A DNA stretch of 60,984 bases from a virus (lineage: Duplodnaviria; Caudoviricetes): positions 1 to 60,984 of IMG/VR virus record IMGVR_UViG_3300009161_000006; one strand, 5' to 3'. The first letter of the stretch is position 1. Every line of letters starts with the position of its first letter. A program made the translations under genes and the position numbers. Of the stretch, positions 54,107 to 60,984 are shown in pieces. The notes under the pieces were generated by a model. The model had not been told where the DNA came from, did no database searches, and saw only the letters and a program-made list of their open reading frames with translations.

Positions 54107-54672
54107 TGAAATCACCATTTTACTTTATTGTTGAGTCTTTAATAAATAAAAGGTACAACAATACAAAATCCATTAGTGGACTCGATGTTATTATAAGTAC
54201 ATCTGAAGAAGACTATATATCTTCAAACAGGCTTGCTAAAGTAATAGAGGTACCATTAGGGTATTCAGGTCCAATAACTCCCGGAGACATATTACTTGTT
54301 CATCATAATGTTTTTAAATTTTATTATGATATGAGGGGTAGGCAGAAAAGCGGAAAAAGTTTTTTTAAGGACAATATCTTTTTTGTTGAGCTAGACCAAT
54401 TTTTCATGTACCAAAAAGATGGTGTATGGAATGCTTATGATAAGTATTGTTTTGTAAAGCCAATAGATGCTATTGACTCTTACATAAAAAAACCTTTTAG
54501 CAATGAGCCATTAATGGGTGAGATGCTATATCCAAATGATTACTTAATTTCAAAAGGAATAAATAAGGGGGATATGGTATGTTTTTCTCCCGATAGCGAA
54601 TATGAGTTTACTGTTGACGATGTTATGATGTATAGAATAATAGATAGTCAAATAACAATTAAATTAAATTAA
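54106..54672 (+). CDS. Tandem GroES-like co-chaperonin
   Basis: Two GroES-like halves (FIV...GD..LVHH; FVKP...GD.V.F...EY). Confidence 0.6.
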   Translation: MKSPFYFIVESLINKRYNNTKSISGLDVIISTSEEDYISSNRLAKVIEVPLGYSGPITPGDILLVHHNVFKFYYDMRGRQKSGKSFFKDNIFFVELDQFFMYQKDGVWNAYDKYCFVKPIDAIDSYIKKPFSNEPLMGEMLYPNDYLISKGINKGDMVCFSPDSEYEFTVDDVMMYRIIDSQITIKLN

Positions 54673-54953
54673 TGGATACAAAAGAAATAAAATTAAGAAT
54701 AATTGCAGCAGGTCATAAAGCGGTTGAGCAACTAATAAAAGTTGCAGAAGAAAACATTATTAAAGTAGATTCTGAAGATGAATTGGCAGCAGATAGATTA
54801 AAAAATGCTGCTATGACAAAAAAGTTAGCGATATTTGATGCTTTTGAGATACTAAATAGAATAGAATCAGAGAGAGAGGGAATTGAATCCTTAGAGAAAG
54901 GAATAAGTAAAACGGATACTAAACAAGGATTTGCTGAAAGAAGGTCAAAATAA
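54672..54953 (+). CDS. Probable terminase small subunit
   Basis: Helical ORF immediately upstream of, and overlapping, TerL. Confidence 0.5.
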   Translation: MDTKEIKLRIIAAGHKAVEQLIKVAEENIIKVDSEDELAADRLKNAAMTKKLAIFDAFEILNRIESEREGIESLEKGISKTDTKQGFAERRSK

Positions 54954-57177
54954 TATATGTTGTGTACAAAAAGATTTTGTACCCGCAACGACAATGTCCC
55001 ACAAAAATAGGGCAAGGTCTTGGTTATATGGGTATAATGAGAAGCATGACATTATTGTTATTTCAAAGAATGGTCAAATAGGTGAAATAGTAAATATATC
55101 AGGAATAAACATTGGGCTGCCACCTGTACCTGATAAAGTATATAAAAGAAGCGAAGTTAAAGCTGAACAATATTGGCAAAGAGAAGAATTGCCAAGAGAG
55201 TTATTAAAGATACCATCAATTTTCATTTGGAATGAAATGCCTTCTCAATTTAAAGACAGGTGGGTAGATTATATTGAGAATGAATTTGATTGTAGAGAAT
55301 CAGGATTTTGGTTCTATAATAATGGAGTGCCTACATACATAACGGGTTCTCATTATATGTATTTACAATGGGCAAGTATTGATGTTGGGTATCCTGATTT
55401 TAGAGAAGCAAATAGAATCTATTGGCTTTTTTGGGAAGCTTGTCGTGCTGATACTCGTTCTTTTGGAATGATATATCTAAAAATAAGAAGGTCAGGATTT
55501 TCTTTTATGTCATCTTCGGAATGTATTAATGTCGCAACTCTTGCAAGAGATGCTAGGGTTGGTATCTTATCAAAGACAGGAGCTGATGCTAAAAAGATGT
55601 TTACAGATAAGGTAGTTCCAATTAATAGTAGGCTTCCATTTTTCTTTAAGCCAATTATGGACGGAATGGATAAGCCAAAGACTGAATTAGCATTTAGAAT
55701 ACCGGCATCAAAGATTACTAAGAAAAACATGTATAATGCTGAGGCGAATGACCTTGATGGATTAGATACAACTATAGATTGGAAGAATACAGAAGACAAC
55801 TCTTATGATGGAGAAAAACTATTATTTCTAGCACATGATGAAAGTGGTAAATGGACTAAGCCAAATAATATAAAAGAAAATTGGAGAGTTACCAAAACTT
55901 GTCTAAGATTAGGTTCTAAAATTATTGGTAAGTGTATGATGGGTTCAACATCAAATGCTCTATCAAAAGGAGGGAGTAATTTCAAGGATATATATGAAGA
56001 CTCGAATGTTTCTCATAGAAATGCAAACGGTCAAACAAAAAGCGGACTCTATGCTTTATTTATACCTATGGAGTGGAACATGGAAGGATTCATAGACCTA
56101 TACGGTTCACCTGTATTCAATGCTCCTGAAACTCCAATTATGGGAGTAGATAAATTGCTAATAAAAAATGGAGCTATTGATTATTGGGAAGCTGAGGTAG
56201 ATTCTTTGAAAAGTGATGCTGATGCCTTAAATGAATTTTATCGTCAATTCCCAAGAACAGAGTCTCATGCTTTTAGAGATGAAAGTAAACAAGCTATTTT
56301 TAATCTTACAAAGATATATCAACAGATAGATTACAACGACTCAACAATAAAAGGACATCATACTACTCGTGGAAGTTTCCATTGGTTAGATGGTATTCAG
56401 GATACTAAAGTTGTTTGGACACCTGACAATAGAGGTAGGTTCTTAGTAAGTTGGATGCCTAATAAGTCTATTCAGAATAATGTATATAATAGAAATGGAG
56501 TTTATTACCCCGGAAATGAGCATATAGGTTCATTTGGGTGTGACTCTTACGACATATCGGCAGTAGTAGGTGGTAGAGGTTCTAATGGTTCTTTGCATGG
56601 CATGACTAAGTTTCATATGGACGAAGCTCCTACAAATGAATTTTTCTTAGAGTATGTAGCAAGACCACAAACAGCAGAGATATTTTTCGAAGAGGTATTA
56701 ATGGCTTGTATTTTTTATGGTATGCCTATACTAATAGAAAATAATAAGCCTAGATTATTATATCATTTCAAAAACAGAGGGTATAGAGGGTTTTGTATGA
56801 ACAGACCCGACAAGTTATATTCTAAATTATCAAAAACAGAACGGGAGTTAGGTGGTATACCAAACTCATCTGAAGATGTAAAGCAATCGCACGCATCAGC
56901 AATTGAGTCTTATATTGAGAAGTTTATAGGTATGGATTTAGTTGGAACGTATAGAGATTCAGATGAAATAGGAACTATGCCATTTACAAGAACATTAGAG
57001 GATTGGGCTAAATTTGATATAAATGATAGAACAAAATTTGATGCTTCAATTAGTTCGGGATTAGCTATAATGGCAAATCAAAAACATATATATATACCTG
57101 AGAAAAAAGAATCAAAAATTAGCATTACCTTTGCAAGATACAGTAATGATGGAAACAACAGTCAATTAATCGAATGA
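54931..57177 (+). CDS. terL: Terminase large subunit (start uncertain)
   Basis: KIRRSGFS Walker A, HDESGK Walker B, GSTSN motif III, GCDSYD RNase H-like nuclease, FDA. Confidence 0.92.
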   Translation: MLKEGQNNICCVQKDFVPATTMSHKNRARSWLYGYNEKHDIIVISKNGQIGEIVNISGINIGLPPVPDKVYKRSEVKAEQYWQREELPRELLKIPSIFIWNEMPSQFKDRWVDYIENEFDCRESGFWFYNNGVPTYITGSHYMYLQWASIDVGYPDFREANRIYWLFWEACRADTRSFGMIYLKIRRSGFSFMSSSECINVATLARDARVGILSKTGADAKKMFTDKVVPINSRLPFFFKPIMDGMDKPKTELAFRIPASKITKKNMYNAEANDLDGLDTTIDWKNTEDNSYDGEKLLFLAHDESGKWTKPNNIKENWRVTKTCLRLGSKIIGKCMMGSTSNALSKGGSNFKDIYEDSNVSHRNANGQTKSGLYALFIPMEWNMEGFIDLYGSPVFNAPETPIMGVDKLLIKNGAIDYWEAEVDSLKSDADALNEFYRQFPRTESHAFRDESKQAIFNLTKIYQQIDYNDSTIKGHHTTRGSFHWLDGIQDTKVVWTPDNRGRFLVSWMPNKSIQNNVYNRNGVYYPGNEHIGSFGCDSYDISAVVGGRGSNGSLHGMTKFHMDEAPTNEFFLEYVARPQTAEIFFEEVLMACIFYGMPILIENNKPRLLYHFKNRGYRGFCMNRPDKLYSKLSKTERELGGIPNSSEDVKQSHASAIESYIEKFIGMDLVGTYRDSDEIGTMPFTRTLEDWAKFDINDRTKFDASISSGLAIMANQKHIYIPEKKESKISITFARYSNDGNNSQLIE

Positions 57178-59669
57178 AAGATACGATAATAGATATAACC
57201 TCTGCTTCATTCCCAAGTCAGTTAGCAACGGACAGCGAAAAAGCAACAGAAAAATTTGGGCTCCAAGTAGGACAAGCTATTCAGTATGAGTGGTTTAGAA
57301 AGGATGGTGGGTCCTGTAGATTTTATAGTCAATGGAAAGATTTCCATAGGTTAAGGTTGTATGCAAGAGGGGAGCAATCCATAGCAAAATATAAAAACGA
57401 GCTAGCAATAGATGGTGATTTATCATACTTAAATTTAGATTGGACACCTGTTCCTATACTTCCTAAATTTGTAGACATTGTAGTTAATGGAATGTCTGAT
57501 AGATTATTTAAGGTTAAGGCATACTCTCAAGACGCAATGTCTCAACAAAAGAGAAGTAAGTTTCAAGATATGGTTGAGGGACAAATGGTAGCCAAAGTCC
57601 CACTTGAGATTATTCAAGAGAAGACAGGGGTTGACCCATTTATTATGCCTCCCGAGCAGTTGCCTAAAACAGATGAAGAGCTAGCTCTTTTCATGCAAAT
57701 AAACTACAAGCCTGCAATTGAGATTGCTGAAGAAGAAGCTATTAATACCATATTTGATGAGAACCATTATCAAGACATTAGAAAAAGAGTAGACTATGAT
57801 TTGGCAGTAATAGGGATTGGTATAGCAAAGCATGAATTTTTATTAGGTTCAGGTGTTTCTATTTCATATGTAGACCCTGCAAATGTAGTTTACAGTTATA
57901 CTGAGTCTCCTACTTTTGATGACTGCTTTTATTGGGGTGAAATAAAAACACTTCCAATTACAGAGTTATTAAAAATCAAGCCTTCTTTAAAGAAAGAAGA
58001 ATTAGAGAAAATATCTAAAAGCAGTCAAGGGTGGTATGATTACTATAATGTATCTCAATTCTACGAGAATAGTCTTTTTTATAAAGACACTTGTACGTTG
58101 CTTTATTTTAATTACAAGACAACAAAAAAAATAGTATACAAAAAGAAATTACTTGAGGGTGGTGGAACGAGAGTGATTGAAAAAGATGATACATTCAACC
58201 CTCCGGTTGAAATGATGGAAGAGAACAATTTTGTTAAGATTGAAAAAACAATTGATGTTTGGTATGATGGGGTAATGGTTATGGGAACAAACATAATTAT
58301 AAAGTGGGAGATGTCGGAAAATATGGTTAGACCTAAGTCAACTTCTCAGCATGCTCTTCCAAACTATGTTGCTACCGCCCCACGTATGTATAAAGGAAAC
58401 ATTGAATCTTTAGTTAGACGAATGATTCCATTTGCAGATTTGATACAGATAACACACTTGAAGCTACAGCAAGTTATTGCAAGGGTAGTGCCTGATGGTG
58501 TATTTATTGATGCGGATGGTTTAAATGAGGTTGATTTAGGAACGGGTGCCGCATATAATCCTGAAGATGCACTAAGGTTGTATTTTCAAACGGGTAGTGT
58601 TATTGGAAGAAGCTACACTCAAGAGGGTGATTACAATAATGCTAAAGTTCCAATTACTCAATTAACTTCAAACTCAGGATTAAGTAAAACTCAAATGCTC
58701 ATATCTAACTATAATCATTATATGGATATGATTCGTTCTGTAACAGGATTGAATGAGGCGAGAGACGGAAGTAATCCTGACCCCAACTCATTGGTTGGTG
58801 TTCAGAAGCTTGCTGCATTAAATTCAAATACAGCTACAAGACATATCCTTGAAGGGGCCTTATATATTTATAGGAGTTTAGCAGAGGCGTTAACGTATAG
58901 AGTTGGAGATATATTGCAGTATGCAGATTTCAAAGATGACTTTGCAAATAAGATTGGAAAATATAATGTTTCAATATTAAATGATATTTCGGATTTATAT
59001 ATTTATGATTTTGGAATTTTTATTGAAGTATCTCCTGATGAAGAACAAAAAGCACAGCTTGAAGCAAATATACAAATGGCTTTATCTAAAGGAGATATAA
59101 ATCTTGAAGATGCAATTGATATTCGTGAGTTAAGAAATCTTAAGCTTGCTAATCAATTGTTAAAGATGAAGAGAACTCAAAAGCAAGATAGAGAAAGTCA
59201 AAATCAAATGCAGATGCAAGCAATGCAGGCACAGCAACAATTAAAGTCTCAAGAGCTAGCAATGCAAACTGCTATGCAAAAGATACAAATGGAGTCTGAG
59301 GCAAAAATGAAATTAAGAGAAGCTGAGGTTAACTTTAATATCCAACAATTAACAGCAGAGGCTCAACTTAAAAAAGACCTAATGGCTGTAGAGTTTGATT
59401 ATAATATGCAGCTAAGTGGTCTTACTCAAAACAATTTGAAAACCCGAGAGGATGAGAGAGAAAATGCTAAGTCAAAAAGAATAAGTCAGCAGAATACCGA
59501 GCAATCAAAATTAATAAACCAACGGAAAAATAATTTACCTCCTCAAGACTTTCAGTCTAATCAAAATAACATAGATGGATTTGATGTGTCTCAATCTAAA
59601 CCAATGACTTTTGAGTCAAATGAAGATAGTTTAGATGGATTTGATATGAGTGAATTTTCACCTCGTTAA
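57174..59669 (+). CDS. Portal protein
   Basis: Follows TerL; 831 aa; ILPKFVDIVVNG, TGLNEARDG; Gln-rich coiled-coil C-terminus. Confidence 0.88.
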   Translation: MKDTIIDITSASFPSQLATDSEKATEKFGLQVGQAIQYEWFRKDGGSCRFYSQWKDFHRLRLYARGEQSIAKYKNELAIDGDLSYLNLDWTPVPILPKFVDIVVNGMSDRLFKVKAYSQDAMSQQKRSKFQDMVEGQMVAKVPLEIIQEKTGVDPFIMPPEQLPKTDEELALFMQINYKPAIEIAEEEAINTIFDENHYQDIRKRVDYDLAVIGIGIAKHEFLLGSGVSISYVDPANVVYSYTESPTFDDCFYWGEIKTLPITELLKIKPSLKKEELEKISKSSQGWYDYYNVSQFYENSLFYKDTCTLLYFNYKTTKKIVYKKKLLEGGGTRVIEKDDTFNPPVEMMEENNFVKIEKTIDVWYDGVMVMGTNIIIKWEMSENMVRPKSTSQHALPNYVATAPRMYKGNIESLVRRMIPFADLIQITHLKLQQVIARVVPDGVFIDADGLNEVDLGTGAAYNPEDALRLYFQTGSVIGRSYTQEGDYNNAKVPITQLTSNSGLSKTQMLISNYNHYMDMIRSVTGLNEARDGSNPDPNSLVGVQKLAALNSNTATRHILEGALYIYRSLAEALTYRVGDILQYADFKDDFANKIGKYNVSILNDISDLYIYDFGIFIEVSPDEEQKAQLEANIQMALSKGDINLEDAIDIRELRNLKLANQLLKMKRTQKQDRESQNQMQMQAMQAQQQLKSQELAMQTAMQKIQMESEAKMKLREAEVNFNIQQLTAEAQLKKDLMAVEFDYNMQLSGLTQNNLKTREDERENAKSKRISQQNTEQSKLINQRKNNLPPQDFQSNQNNIDGFDVSQSKPMTFESNEDSLDGFDMSEFSPR

Positions 59670-59716
59670 TTATTAATTATTTTTGTATAACTTTGTAAAA
59701 AATTAAATCAAATAAA

Positions 59717-60829
59717 ATGGAAATTAAAGTAAGAGCAATCGGTGACGTAGAAACAAAAAGCGTTGCACAAATAGAAGAAGAGCTTCTAGTTAAGCACGAA
59801 GAATCACTATCAACAGATAATGTGGTCCAAGAGCAAGAACAAGAGCAAGAGCAAGAAGTAACTCAAGTTGAACCACAGGAAGAGTCCTATGAGGAAGAGT
59901 TGAGTGAAGAAAAAGTTCTTTCATATATTGGAAAAAGATATAATAAAGAAATTAGTTCATTTGATGAACTGATGGCGGAAAGGCAATCTAGTGAAGAAAT
60001 CCCTTCAGATGTAGCGGCTTATATGAAATATAAGAAAGATACAGGAAGAGGATTTGAAGATTTCATAAAGTTAAATAAAGATTTTGACAATATGGACTCG
60101 GATGGTTTAATAAAAGAGTATCTACAATCTACGAATTCAGAGTTGGATTCCGATGATATAGATGCATTGATGGAAGATTATCAATATGATGAGGACATCG
60201 ATGATGACTCTTTTATTAAGAAAACAAAGATTGCAAAGAAGAAGGTTATTGGGGAAGCCAAGAAATACTTCAATCAACAGAAAGAACAATACTCTGTTCC
60301 TATTGAGTCAATAGGAGTTGGTGTTCCGGATGAAGAAAAAGAAATATACGAGGCATACAAACAATACACCAAAGAAGCGGCGACTATTGATGAATCAAAC
60401 AGGCGTAAGCGCGAATGGTTTGACCAAAAGACAAGTGAGGTTTTAAGCGATGATTTCAAAGGTTTTGATTTCAATATAAACGACAAAAAACTTTCATTTT
60501 CTCCCGGCAATCTAAGCGAGATTAAAAAGAATCATGCAACACCTCAGAACTTTATAAATAAGTTTTTAGATGAGAATGGTTTAATGAAAGACGCAGAAGG
60601 ATACCATAGGTCGTTAGCTATGGCAATGAACCCCGACAAGTTTGCTAAGTTCTTTTACGAACAAGGACAAGCTGATGCTACTGATGATGTTACACGTAAG
60701 ATTAAAAACATAAACATGTCTGAACGTAAGATGTCTGAAGCTAGTACGAAGGTTGATGGAATGCAGGTCAAGTCTCTAAGCCCTGAGTCCGGTAACGGAT
60801 TAAAAATTAGAAGTATGAAAAGAATTTAA
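59717..60829 (+). CDS. Capsid scaffolding protein
   Basis: Very acidic coiled-coil ORF between portal and capsid genes. Confidence 0.7.
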   Translation: MEIKVRAIGDVETKSVAQIEEELLVKHEESLSTDNVVQEQEQEQEQEVTQVEPQEESYEEELSEEKVLSYIGKRYNKEISSFDELMAERQSSEEIPSDVAAYMKYKKDTGRGFEDFIKLNKDFDNMDSDGLIKEYLQSTNSELDSDDIDALMEDYQYDEDIDDDSFIKKTKIAKKKVIGEAKKYFNQQKEQYSVPIESIGVGVPDEEKEIYEAYKQYTKEAATIDESNRRKREWFDQKTSEVLSDDFKGFDFNINDKKLSFSPGNLSEIKKNHATPQNFINKFLDENGLMKDAEGYHRSLAMAMNPDKFAKFFYEQGQADATDDVTRKIKNINMSERKMSEASTKVDGMQVKSLSPESGNGLKIRSMKRI

Positions 60830-60841
60830 AACTAAAACAAA

Positions 60842-60984
60842 ATGGCTATATTAGCATCACCAACTTTTGGGTTGACTCCAAGCTCGGAGCAAGTCCCATT
60901 ACAAACAAATTACATTACCAACTTTAACTTTTTAACTCAGTATCTTCCTGATACTTATGAGAAAGAATTTGAGCGTTATGGTAA
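60842..60984 (+). CDS. 5' end of major capsid gene (continues at window start)
   Basis: ATG at 60842 after AAAACTAAAACAAA leader, in frame with ORF 11..1420. Confidence 0.9.
   Translation, partial: MAILASPTFGLTPSSEQVPLQTNYITNFNFLTQYLPDTYEKEFERYG
60862..60984. repeat. Terminal direct repeat / assembly overlap, right copy
   Basis: Identical to 1-123. Confidence 0.97.

Noticed and set aside
60862-60984. 123-bp terminal repeat as a biological terminal repeat
   Set aside because: It falls inside the capsid gene and is best explained as assembler overlap of a circular contig
1-60984. Alternative genetic code, tRNA genes, integrase or DNA polymerase
   Set aside because: Genes are intact and densely packed under the standard code; no cloverleaf, recombinase or polymerase motifs were recognised by eye

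Overview
The window is a complete, circularly assembled ~60.86 kb genome of a lytic, podovirus-like dsDNA phage. Positions 60862-60984 exactly repeat 1-123. Bacteroidota-type TAnnTTTG promoters, A-rich leaders and the gene order point to a Bacteroidota (probably Flavobacteriia) host and resemble the Cellulophaga phi38:1-like group; this assignment is from recall, not a search. The + strand (42.8 kb, through the join, to 22.8 kb) carries GroEL/GroES, small basic proteins, a DUF285/BspA-like protein, lysis genes, terminase, portal, scaffold, major capsid, tail proteins and large ejection proteins. The - strand (42.2 to 22.8 kb) carries early accessory genes, two amidoligases with a class-II glutamine amidotransferase and a JAB/RadC protein, DnaA-domain-IV-like proteins, Sak, a RecE-like nuclease, SSB, primase-helicase, SNF2 helicase and VRR-NUC. 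I saw no DNA polymerase, integrase, tRNA, CRISPR or reverse transcriptase. Most notable: (1) four gene cassettes, two of them endonucleases, bounded by direct repeats that duplicate the leader or first codons of the downstream gene; (2) recurring 16-18 bp palindromes and a ~65 bp repeated element in the early region; (3) a small basic MPFKS-type gene nested in the +1 frame of the 3310-aa ORF; (4) apparent genome-wide avoidance of CCAG/CTGG and GATC; (5) an alternating purine-pyrimidine tract in inverted repeats at the strand switch; (6) two similar iteron/AT-rich origin-like regions.
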